From Actinomycetota bacterium (lineage in GTDB: Bacteria > Actinomycetota > Acidimicrobiia > Acidimicrobiales > Ilumatobacteraceae), in contig JAYTOM010000112.1 of NCBI GenBank assembly GCA_043747765.1, positions 1 to 60,788 of the forward strand: a stretch of 60,788 bases of DNA, read 5' to 3'. The translations under genes were made by a program, and so were the position numbers. Shown piece by piece: positions 1 through 7,989 of this stretch (positions are counted from its first letter, which is position 1; each line of letters starts with the position of its first letter). The notes under the pieces were generated by a model. That model had not been told where the DNA came from and made no database searches. It saw nothing but the letters and a program-made list of their open reading frames with translations.

Positions 1-1217
1 CGACGTGTGCCGACGGCGACAGCCATGCGGTTGGTCTGCGACGTGTTGCGTCGTCGGCGGGTACCAACGCTCCGTGGTACTACGCAGCGGTCGGACTTCC
101 AGTCCGGCTGATCGGCGAGACGGCGGTGGTCGATCGGTACCGGATCTTTGCCGCTGCGCTGTTCGCAGGGACGATCGGCGCAGCAATGATGCGTGTTCGC
201 CGGACATCGGCTGACAACGGCGTGATCGTCATCGTCGCGGCGATCTCGCCAGTGGTCTGGTTCCTCGGTGGCGTCGTGAATCCGAGTTCCATGGAAATCG
301 CCCTTGCTCTGCTGGCCTGGACCGGTGTCGAACGACTGCGGACGGCTGGTTGCTCGAGCGTGTCCGAGTTGGTGTGGATCAGCGTGCCGTGCGGCATTGC
401 GGTCATCATCCGGCCGGTCTCGGCGGTCTTCGTTGCGACGGTCCTGGTGGTGACCTGGTTGATTCGACGTCCGGCGCGCAGCACGATTGCTCTGTCCCGT
501 CGCGCGTGGGCAGTACTGATGGCGGGTCCATTCGTCGGCGTCGTCGCCTCGTTCGTGTGGAGTCGGGCGACGAGCGTCGCCGTCAGCGATTCCCGGGCTG
601 CGACGCACCTGCCGCTGACGCACGTGTTCTGGCAATCGCTCACCGGTACCGCCGACACGCTTCACGAGATCGGTGGCTCACTCGGATGGCTCGAGTTCAG
701 CGCTCCCTCCGTTGTGCAGTGGTTGTGGTGGCTGATGGTCGTCAGCTGCGGTTGGGCGGCGATGCGATCGGCGACCCGGCCACGTTTGGCCTGGCTGTTC
801 GTCCTGGCCAGCGTGATCCTCTTCCCGATCGCGTTCGAGACGGCGCTCGCCGGTCGGCTCGGCTTCATCTGGCAGGGCCGCTATTCGATCCCGACTGCCG
901 TTGGATTGGTCGTACTCGGCTCATCGAATTGGTCCTCGGCAGTGCTGCGCCGCCGAGCATTGACGATGGCCGCACTCGTCGCCGCCGGCGTGCTCGAACT
1001 GACAACGCTATGGACAGCGTTGCGCCGCTACACGGTCGGGACCAACGGGTCGTGGTTCTTCACCAATACCCGCTGGCACCCTCCCGCTTCGCCGTGGTTG
1101 TTGATCGCGGCCAACGCGATCCTGTTTGCAGGGCTGATCGCGACCGGTCTGGGACAGACCACGAGCGGATCACCGGGCGGCGTCGGCCACCTTGCGACGA
1201 ACGACGTTGAGAGCTGA
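1..1217 (+). CDS. DUF2142-like polytopic membrane protein (GT-C-like); 5' end lies outside the window
   Basis: The frame of ORF 126..1217 stays open back to base 3 (..NAPWYYAAVGLPVRL.. precedes the first Met). There are many hydrophobic helices. The family call is from motif memory only. Confidence 0.55.
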   Translation, partial: TCADGDSHAVGLRRVASSAGTNAPWYYAAVGLPVRLIGETAVVDRYRIFAAALFAGTIGAAMMRVRRTSADNGVIVIVAAISPVVWFLGGVVNPSSMEIALALLAWTGVERLRTAGCSSVSELVWISVPCGIAVIIRPVSAVFVATVLVVTWLIRRPARSTIALSRRAWAVLMAGPFVGVVASFVWSRATSVAVSDSRAATHLPLTHVFWQSLTGTADTLHEIGGSLGWLEFSAPSVVQWLWWLMVVSCGWAAMRSATRPRLAWLFVLASVILFPIAFETALAGRLGFIWQGRYSIPTAVGLVVLGSSNWSSAVLRRRALTMAALVAAGVLELTTLWTALRRYTVGTNGSWFFTNTRWHPPASPWLLIAANAILFAGLIATGLGQTTSGSPGGVGHLATNDVES

Positions 1218-3434
1218 TCCGGCGCGGAACCACTCGATCTGCTCGGGGCTGAACGTGTGTACACCCTCGAAATCGATCAGTGATCCGTCCGGCTTGACGA
1301 TCTGACAGTGCACGTTCTGGCCGGGGACCGGGGGGAGGTCGACGACGTTGATCCGGTCGTCTTCACCGATCACGTCGTATGTTGCGCTGTCAGCGAAGGT
1401 GAGCGGGACGAGTCCCTGCTTCTTGAGGTTGGTCTCGTGGATCCGAGCAAAGCTGCGCGCGAAGATGACCACGCCTCCCCGAAAGCGGGGCTCCATCGCA
1501 GCGTGCTCGCGAGATGAACCCTCGCCGTAGTTGCGGTCACCGATCGCGCACCACTCGATGCCCGCCTCGCCGTACTTCTTGGCCAGGACCGGATAGCTGT
1601 CGACCGTCCCGTCGATGGCGCTCTTGCCTTGGCCGACCGCCCCGCCGAATGCGTTGACGGCGCCGAGGAACAGATTGCCGCTGATGTTCTCGAGATGGCC
1701 TCGGAATTTCAACCACTTGCCGGCGGCCGAGATGTGATCCGTCGTGCACTTGCCCTGGGCCTTCATCAACACCGGTAGGCCGAGGTAATCGTTGCCGTCC
1801 CACGCTGCGAACGGCTGCAGCAACTGCAGACGGTCGCTCGTCGGGGAGACCTCGACCACGACGTCCGAACCGTCGGCCGGGGGAGGGGTGAATGTGTTCT
1901 GGCCTTGGTCGTAACCGGCATCGGGCAGTACTTCGCCGACGGGCGCCTCGAGTTTGATCTCGACGCCACTCGGGCTGGTGATCGTGTCAGTGGTCGGGTC
2001 GAAGTCGAGTCGGCCCGCGAGAGCAAGCGCGATGACCGTGTCGGGCGACGTGACGAAGCTGAGCGTGTTCGCTGAACCGTCGTTGCGTTTCGGGAAGTTG
2101 CGGTTGAAGCTGTTGACGATGGTGTTGACCTTGCCGTTGTCCTCCGGCGGGCGGTCCCATTGGCCGATGCAGGGGCCACAGGCATTGGCCAATACGGTCG
2201 CGCCGATTGCCTCGAGGTCGGCCAACAGGCCGTCTCGCTCGATGGTCGCACGGATCTGCTCCGACCCAGGACTGATCAACAGATCGGTCTTGACCATCAG
2301 TCCGGCCGCCGACGCCTGACGGGCCACCGACGCAGCGCGCGTGATGTCCTCGTACGAGCTGTTCGTGCAGCTGCCGATGAGTGTTGCACTGATCTCGAGC
2401 GGCCAGCCGTTGATCGCGGCTTCCTTGCCGACGGCCGCACCGACCCGGTTGGCCCGGTCCGGGGAATGTGGCCCGTTGATCAACGGCTTGAGTTGATCGA
2501 GGTCGATCTCGATGGTCTGGTCATAGGTGGCGCCATCGTCCGCGCGGAGGTCGGCGGCAACATGTTCGGCTGCGTCCGCAATCGCCTCACGGCCGGTTGC
2601 CTTGAGGTAGCTGCTCATGTTCTGGTCGTATCCGAAGAGGCTGCATGTTGCACCGATTTCGGCTCCCATGTTGCAGATGGTGGCTTTGCCGGTGGCGGAA
2701 ATCGTGTCGGCACCCGGTCCGTAATACTCGACGATCGCGCCGGTACCACCCTCGACAGTCAGCACGCGTGCCACTTCGAGGATGACATCCTTCGGCGACG
2801 ACCAGCCGCTGAGCGTCCCGGTCAGCTTGACGCCGATGACCTTCGGCCAGCGAACGTTGAACGGGAAGCCGGTCATCACGTCCACCGCATCGGCGCCGCC
2901 GACACCGATCGCGACCATGCCCAGTCCGCCCGCATTGGGGGTGTGGCTGTCGGTGCCGATCATCATGCCGCCGGGGAACGCATAGTTCTCGAGCACCACC
3001 TGATGGATGATGCCGCTGCCGGGCCCCCAGAAGCCGATTGCGTACTTGGCCGAGACACTGCGCAGGAAGTCGTAGACCTCTCGGTTGGTGTCGATGGCGA
3101 CGCCCATGTCGATCAGCGCGCCGACCTTGGCCGAGATCAGGTGGTCGCAGTGGACGGTGCTCGGGACCATTGCCTCCGGCAGTCCGGCAGTCATGAACTG
3201 CAACAGGGCCATCTGTGCGGTTGCATCCTGCATCGCGACGCGGTCCGGATTGAAGTCGTTGTACGTCACGCCACGTTCGATCGATTGTTCCGGGTCGACG
3301 AGGTGATTGATCAGGATCTTCTCTGTCAAAGTCAACGGGCGGCCGAGGCGCTGACGACCCAGTTCGCTGCGCTCCGTCAGTCGCCCGTACACGCCGTGAA
3401 CGAGTTCGATGGGTGTTCCTGCGGTGACGGCCAT
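1170..3434 (-). CDS. acn: aconitate hydratase, mitochondrial-type (~754 aa)
   Basis: Track ORF 1170..3935 was trimmed to ATG 3434 (MAVTAGTPIELVHG..), preceded by an AAGGGAG RBS. Motifs seen: ..PDRVAMQDATAQMALLQF.., ..VHCDHLI.., GSCTNSS, NACGPCIGQW. Confidence 0.93.
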   Translation of the reverse strand: MAVTAGTPIELVHGVYGRLTERSELGRQRLGRPLTLTEKILINHLVDPEQSIERGVTYNDFNPDRVAMQDATAQMALLQFMTAGLPEAMVPSTVHCDHLISAKVGALIDMGVAIDTNREVYDFLRSVSAKYAIGFWGPGSGIIHQVVLENYAFPGGMMIGTDSHTPNAGGLGMVAIGVGGADAVDVMTGFPFNVRWPKVIGVKLTGTLSGWSSPKDVILEVARVLTVEGGTGAIVEYYGPGADTISATGKATICNMGAEIGATCSLFGYDQNMSSYLKATGREAIADAAEHVAADLRADDGATYDQTIEIDLDQLKPLINGPHSPDRANRVGAAVGKEAAINGWPLEISATLIGSCTNSSYEDITRAASVARQASAAGLMVKTDLLISPGSEQIRATIERDGLLADLEAIGATVLANACGPCIGQWDRPPEDNGKVNTIVNSFNRNFPKRNDGSANTLSFVTSPDTVIALALAGRLDFDPTTDTITSPSGVEIKLEAPVGEVLPDAGYDQGQNTFTPPPADGSDVVVEVSPTSDRLQLLQPFAAWDGNDYLGLPVLMKAQGKCTTDHISAAGKWLKFRGHLENISGNLFLGAVNAFGGAVGQGKSAIDGTVDSYPVLAKKYGEAGIEWCAIGDRNYGEGSSREHAAMEPRFRGGVVIFARSFARIHETNLKKQGLVPLTFADSATYDVIGEDDRINVVDLPPVPGQNVHCQIVKPDGSLIDFEGVHTFSPEQIEWFRAGSALNVVRRKVADAAR

Positions 3435-3490
3435 GTGTGGCTCCCTTGTTCGTGCCTCGAAGTGCGGGGCAATTGCCCCTTGCGTCAGCG

Positions 3491-3502
3491 GTCTATGTAG
3501 AC
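3491..3502. promoter_or_regulatory. HutC/GntR-type operator candidate (GTCTA-TG-TAGAC)
   Basis: This inverted repeat lies in the acn / VOC-GntR divergent spacer, directly upstream of the TATAAT box. It resembles the GT-N-TA-N-AC cores of HutC-family operators. Confidence 0.4.
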
Positions 3503-3505
3503 AAC

Positions 3506-3511
3506 TATAAT
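3506..3511 (+). promoter_or_regulatory. -10 box TATAAT for a leaderless VOC-GntR transcript
   Basis: A perfect TATAAT ends 4 nt before the GTG start at 3516. There is no room for an RBS. The local sequence is an AT-rich patch in otherwise GC-rich DNA. Confidence 0.45.
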
Positions 3512-3515
3512 ACAA

Positions 3516-3953
3516 GTGAGCGAGCACGCAACCAGTGATCCTGGATACCTCGAACGCTGGCGGTTCTTGGCTGTCGACCATGTACAACTGGCCATGCCAG
3601 CCGGTCAGGAAGCCGTTGCACGGGACTTTTACGTGAACGCACTCGGATTTCGCGAGTTGCCCAAACCGCCGGTTCTCGCGGCTCGGGGCGGGTGCTGGTT
3701 CGAGTCCGGTTCCGTGCAGATCCACCTCGGTGTCGAGGCAGATTTCCGGCCTGCGCAGAAGGCCCATCCCGCCGTCGTCGTCGAGGGACTCGATGCGCTG
3801 ATCGCGATCGCTGGACTGACGCCTCGATGGTCCGACGAGATCCCCGGCACGCGGCGCTGTCACGTCGATGACCCGTTCGGCAATCGACTCGAACTGATCG
3901 ATGCCGCCGGCCCTGTATCCCCCCCGGTCGCGCACTCAGCGGAGACCGAATGA
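3516..3953 (+). CDS. VOC/glyoxalase-bleomycin resistance family protein
   Basis: ..VDHVQLAMPAGQE..ARDFY..LGF.. and ..HVDDPFGNRLELI.. blocks are present. GTG start. Confidence 0.8.
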   Translation: MSEHATSDPGYLERWRFLAVDHVQLAMPAGQEAVARDFYVNALGFRELPKPPVLAARGGCWFESGSVQIHLGVEADFRPAQKAHPAVVVEGLDALIAIAGLTPRWSDEIPGTRRCHVDDPFGNRLELIDAAGPVSPPVAHSAETE

Positions 3954-4687
3954 GGACCATCAGGTATCAGGCGATCGCCGCTGCAGTGCGTGACCGTGTG
4001 CGCGAAGGTCACTACGGGCCAGGCCGATTGTTGCCGAGTGAAGCGGAACTCTCTGCCGAGTTCGAGGCCAGTCGGGTCACGATCCGCCGGGCGTTGGAGA
4101 CGTTGCGTGACGACGGACTGATTGCCGCCCGGCAGGGGTTCGGCTGGTTCGTGGCCGGCGAGCCGTTACGTCAGACCCTCGGCGAATTGCACACGATCGA
4201 GGGCCAACTCGAGGAAAGTGGAATCGTCACCGAGCGGAGGATCATTGAGTTCGCCTTCGGCCGGGCACCTGCTGCTGTCCGCAAGGCACTGTCGACCGAT
4301 CAGATCCTGCGTGTCAAGCGCGTCAACATGGCCGATGGCGAACCGTTCGCTGTGGTCACCGTGTGGTGCCCGGCCGAACTCGCCCAGTCGCTTTCGCGTC
4401 GCGACGTGGAACGGTCACCGTTCTATGAGTTGCTCGGCGTGTCGCTCCGTGGTGCCACACAGACGATCGGAGCCGACCTCGTTGCGTCCGACGACGCAGC
4501 GCTTCTCGGTGTACCCGAAGGCTCCCCGGTGCTCGTGTGCGAACGGTTGACCACCGATGTCGACGGTCGACCGGTGCTGTTCTCGCATCACGTCTTCCCC
4601 GCCCACCGCACCGAGTTCGTCGTGGAATTGCCACACGCCGAGCCCTCGATCGCACCGACTGGACTCCGCCTGCTCGAATCGTCGTGA
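3950..4687 (+). CDS. GntR family transcriptional regulator, HutC subfamily (wHTH + UTRA)
   Basis: The N-terminal ..LPSEAELSAEFEASRVTIRRALETL.. is a winged HTH. The C-terminal ~150 aa is UTRA-like. ATGA overlap with the VOC stop. Confidence 0.85.
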   Translation: MRTIRYQAIAAAVRDRVREGHYGPGRLLPSEAELSAEFEASRVTIRRALETLRDDGLIAARQGFGWFVAGEPLRQTLGELHTIEGQLEESGIVTERRIIEFAFGRAPAAVRKALSTDQILRVKRVNMADGEPFAVVTVWCPAELAQSLSRRDVERSPFYELLGVSLRGATQTIGADLVASDDAALLGVPEGSPVLVCERLTTDVDGRPVLFSHHVFPAHRTEFVVELPHAEPSIAPTGLRLLESS

Positions 4688-4733
4688 TTCATTTCCCGGC
4701 CGTCCGGTCAGGGTCGTCCCGGCGAGAGGGTCC

Positions 4734-5495
4734 TCAGCGGGCGCGGACGAACGCATCGCCGACGAGTTCGGCGACGACGGTGGTGACGTCGAGTGCAGCA
4801 CTCGTGGCGACGTCGTCCTCCCAGCCTCGGGCGACCAATTCGCGCCCGGACGCCGACGCGGTCAGGGCCTCGAACAACAAGGCCCCGGTGTCGAGAAAGG
4901 CCGCGCGTGCCGCTCGAGCCTCTGGTGAACACCGCTGGCCGCCAATCGCGCCGGAGGGATCGAAGGCGGCGAGAATCGCGCCGGCACCGAGCATGTCCTC
5001 GACCGCTGGGCGCAGCAGGCCAGCGGCACCGCCCCAACGCTCGCCGGCTGCGATGACCGCAACGCTCGGTGCGGTGATCCGGGAGCGAATGTAGGTAGCG
5101 GTTGCGGTTGCGTTCCGCAGGCAGCCCGCGAACACGCGTGACGCGCCCGACTGGCGAGCGGCGTACGCCAACGTCGCACCATTCGGCGACCTCAGCACGA
5201 GCCTCGCCGGGCAGCCGGCGAGCAGATCAGTGGGTGACAGAGACGGCCCGCGTGCCCTACGTTCGCCGGCCAGCACTGCGTCGTGGGCGGCCGCGAAATC
5301 GCGTGCCGCCGTCGAATTCGGAGCCCACGGATAGGGGTACACGGTCGCTCCGCTCTCGAGCGCGGCGGACACGGCCGACGTGAATCGGAGGACGTCGACG
5401 ACGATGACGACGTCAGCATGTGGAGCCAGCGCACGCAGGCCGTCGAGGCCCCAGTCGAAGCGGTATGTGGAATCGCTCTGGGACGCGTCGATCAC
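4734..5495 (-). CDS. 2-phosphosulfolactate phosphatase (ComB) family protein
   Basis: The ..VVIVVDVLRFTS.. block is typical of the ComB family. The start was chosen at GTG 5495, which forms a GTGA overlap with the upstream stop (alternatives: 5498 and 5507). Confidence 0.7.
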   Translation of the reverse strand: MIDASQSDSTYRFDWGLDGLRALAPHADVVIVVDVLRFTSAVSAALESGATVYPYPWAPNSTAARDFAAAHDAVLAGERRARGPSLSPTDLLAGCPARLVLRSPNGATLAYAARQSGASRVFAGCLRNATATATYIRSRITAPSVAVIAAGERWGGAAGLLRPAVEDMLGAGAILAAFDPSGAIGGQRCSPEARAARAAFLDTGALLFEALTASASGRELVARGWEDDVATSAALDVTTVVAELVGDAFVRAR

Positions 5496-6139
5496 CACTG
5501 ATCCCAATGCAGCACCGTGTCGAGGGGCATCCGCTTGGCGGGCTTGAAGTCGGTCCCGATCGTGTACGCGATCGGGAACAGTCCACCCTGGGTGATCTTG
5601 TCGAACGGGATGCCGAGCACGTCAGCAGCGCGCTTCTCGCCGTCGTTCATCATGTGGATCGTGGTCCACGCCGAGCCGAGACCACGTTCACGGGCGGCAA
5701 GCATGAAGCTCCACACTGCTGGCAGCAACGAGCCCCATGCTCCGGCTCCGGCGACCGCCGGAAGGTTGTCGAACCGGCCCTGGATCGCGGGAATCAGGAG
5801 CAGCGGAGCGCGGTGGAAGTTGTCGGACAGATAGGTGGCCGACTCGGTGATACGGATTGCCTGTTCACCGCGAAGGTCGCCGTCCTCGTACTTCGGTCGA
5901 GGGCTGTTCGCATACATCTGAAAGTTCTCGCGGTAGATGTCGGCGAGAGCCTTGCGCTTGACGGAGTTCTCGACGACGATCCAGTGCCAACCCTGCGAGT
6001 TCGAGCCGGTCGGCGCCTGCAAGGCGATTTCGAGGCATTCCTCGACCACGCTCCGCTCGACGGGCTTGTCGAAGTCCAATCGTTTGCGCACGGAGCGGGT
6101 GGTGGTCAGCACTTCATCGGCGGAAAGGTTGAGTTTCAT
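5492..6139 (-). CDS. nitroreductase family protein
   Basis: The track ORF was trimmed to ATG 6139 (MKLNLSADEVLTTTRSVRKRL..). ..ALQAPTGSNSQGWHWIVV.. is the nitroreductase FMN-binding block. Confidence 0.8.
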   Translation of the reverse strand: MKLNLSADEVLTTTRSVRKRLDFDKPVERSVVEECLEIALQAPTGSNSQGWHWIVVENSVKRKALADIYRENFQMYANSPRPKYEDGDLRGEQAIRITESATYLSDNFHRAPLLLIPAIQGRFDNLPAVAGAGAWGSLLPAVWSFMLAARERGLGSAWTTIHMMNDGEKRAADVLGIPFDKITQGGLFPIAYTIGTDFKPAKRMPLDTVLHWDQW

Positions 6140-6176
6140 CGGGTCAGCTTGGCACGGGAGTGGCAGGCTGGTCATC

Positions 6177-7001
6177 GTGGACGAGTACGCATTCACGAAT
6201 CGCGCGAACTGGGAGACCAGGGTCGTCGCGCATGTTGCGTCCGCCGAGTACGGCGTGAAGCTGTTCATCGACGACCCGACACACATCAGCGGCGTCGTTG
6301 CCTTCGACCGCGCCCGTCTCGGTGACATCACGGGCAAGGACGTCGTCCACCTCCAGTGTCACATCGGCACCGACACGTTGTCGCTGGGCCGCCTCGGTGC
6401 GCGGGTGACGGGTCTCGACTTCTCGCCGGCGGCGCTGGCCTCGGCGCGTCAGCTCGCTCTCGACTGCGACCAGCCCGTCCGATACGTCGAATCCGAGTTG
6501 TACAACGCGCCGGCAGCGCTCGGTGTCAACAGGTTCGACGTGGTCTACACCGGGATCGGTGCGCTGTGTTGGCTGCCGGACATCAAGCGCTGGGCGTCTG
6601 TTGTTGCCTCGCTCCTTCGTCCGGGTGGCCGACTGTTCATCCGTGAGGGCCATCCGATGCTGTGGGCGCTCGGCGAGGCTCGCGCCGATGGCCTAGTCGT
6701 CGTCGACCTCCCGTACTTCGAGGGCGCCGGTACATCGACCGTGTCCGCTGCGACCTACGTCGACACCGACCACGAACTGCCGGCGGTCGAATCGATCGAC
6801 TTCAACCATGGGCTGGGTGAGATCTTCACGGCGCTGTTGCGTGCCGGAATGTCGATCACTGCGTTCGAAGAGCATGACACGGTACCGTGGCAGGCGTTGG
6901 AACTCGGACAGATGGAGTTGCTCGGCGGTGGAGAGTGGCGGCTGCGTGACCGTCCCGAACGCGTTGCGATGAGCTACACGCTGCAGGCTGTCAAGCACTG
7001 A
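6177..7001 (+). CDS. class I SAM-dependent methyltransferase
   Basis: ..VVHLQCHIGTDTLSLGRLGARVTGLDFSP.. is the SAM motif I region. The upstream part of track ORF 5937.. is antisense to the nitroreductase gene. GTG 6177 is the first plausible start, but the start remains uncertain. Confidence 0.7.
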   Translation: MDEYAFTNRANWETRVVAHVASAEYGVKLFIDDPTHISGVVAFDRARLGDITGKDVVHLQCHIGTDTLSLGRLGARVTGLDFSPAALASARQLALDCDQPVRYVESELYNAPAALGVNRFDVVYTGIGALCWLPDIKRWASVVASLLRPGGRLFIREGHPMLWALGEARADGLVVVDLPYFEGAGTSTVSAATYVDTDHELPAVESIDFNHGLGEIFTALLRAGMSITAFEEHDTVPWQALELGQMELLGGGEWRLRDRPERVAMSYTLQAVKH

Positions 7002-7018
7002 CCTGCAAAGCTGGCGCG

Positions 7019-7861
7019 ATGTCTAGCAACGACCGCGTCTCGATCACCATCTCCGGCGGCATCGCCGACTGTCGGCTCGACCGGGCCGACAAGCGCAACG
7101 CGCTCGACAACGAAATGTTCGTCGCGATCGCCAAGGCCGGCGAACGGCTGAAGACGGAGCCCGGCGTGCGCGTCGTCGTCCTCTCCGGGAACGGACCGTC
7201 GTTCTGCGCTGGCCTCGACTTCAGTTCGTTCCGGTCGATGGCCGGCGACGATTCCCCCGCAGGCGCTGACGGCGACGCCCCCGCGAAGATCTCGAACGGT
7301 GACGGCCCCGGGTCGATGAAAGCGGGCCGGATCACGCACCTCGGGCAGCAGGTGGCCTGGGCCTGGCAGGAGATCCCGGTGCCGGTGATTGCCGCCGTGC
7401 ACGGCCACGCGCTCGGCGGTGGCATCCAGATAGCGCTCGGGGCGGACATCCGCATCGTCCATCCCGACACCAAGCTGTCCGTACGCGAGGTTCACTGGGG
7501 TCTCGTTCCGGACATGACGGGCACGCAGGTCCTGTCCGGTCTCGTCCGTCCGGACATCGCCAAAGAACTGACGTTCACCGCTCGTGTGTTCAGCGGCACC
7601 GAGGCATTCCAGCTGGGTATCGCGACGCGCCTCAGCGACGCGCCGCTCGACGATGCACTGGCGATGGCAGGTGAGATCGCGGAACGGAGTCCCGATGCGA
7701 TCCGGGGATCGAAGGCGCTGTTCAACCGAATCGTCAACGCCGGAGCGGCCGAGCAGTTCGCAGAAGAGCGGCGCGTGATCGGATCGCTCATTGGTCGCCC
7801 AAACCAGGTCGAGGCGGTGACGTCGAACTTCGAGAACCGCTCTGCGAGGTTCGTCGACTGA
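7019..7861 (+). CDS. enoyl-CoA hydratase/isomerase (crotonase) family protein
   Basis: ..RADKRNALD.., ..VVVLSGNGPSFCAGLD.. and ..IAAVHGHALGGGIQIAL.. blocks are present. Confidence 0.85.
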   Translation: MSSNDRVSITISGGIADCRLDRADKRNALDNEMFVAIAKAGERLKTEPGVRVVVLSGNGPSFCAGLDFSSFRSMAGDDSPAGADGDAPAKISNGDGPGSMKAGRITHLGQQVAWAWQEIPVPVIAAVHGHALGGGIQIALGADIRIVHPDTKLSVREVHWGLVPDMTGTQVLSGLVRPDIAKELTFTARVFSGTEAFQLGIATRLSDAPLDDALAMAGEIAERSPDAIRGSKALFNRIVNAGAAEQFAEERRVIGSLIGRPNQVEAVTSNFENRSARFVD

Positions 7862-7899
7862 AACACCGAGGCGGGCACCAGCAGTACCAGGAAAGACTG

Positions 7900-7938
7900 T
7901 TGCCGGTTGCCCGCGCAATCGCGTAACATGCTGGCAAC
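7900..7938 (+). promoter_or_regulatory. candidate gltBD promoter (TTGCCG-18-TAACAT) overlapping a GlnR-like box GTAAC-N6-GCAAC
   Basis: The hexamers are at 7900..7905 and 7924..7929. GTAAC(7923..7927)-ATGCTG-GCAAC(7934..7938) fits the gTnAc-n6-GnAAc pattern. Confidence 0.3.
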
Positions 7939-7989
7939 CGTTCGGGCCAGCGTCGTCCTGAGCGTCCACACAAGCCAACCTCGACTTCA

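Noticed and set aside
3435-3935. Long N-terminal extensions in track ORFs, e.g. aconitase 1170..3935, LarA-like 16447..18681, ADH ..19439, ddl ..23650, MFS ..26277, methyltransferase ..27349, P450 ..32494 and wecB ..52973.
   Set aside because: The extensions run into neighbouring genes or spacers and are Arg/Pro-rich. Conserved protein N-termini with RBSs or coupled start-stop overlaps occur at internal start codons. All were trimmed.
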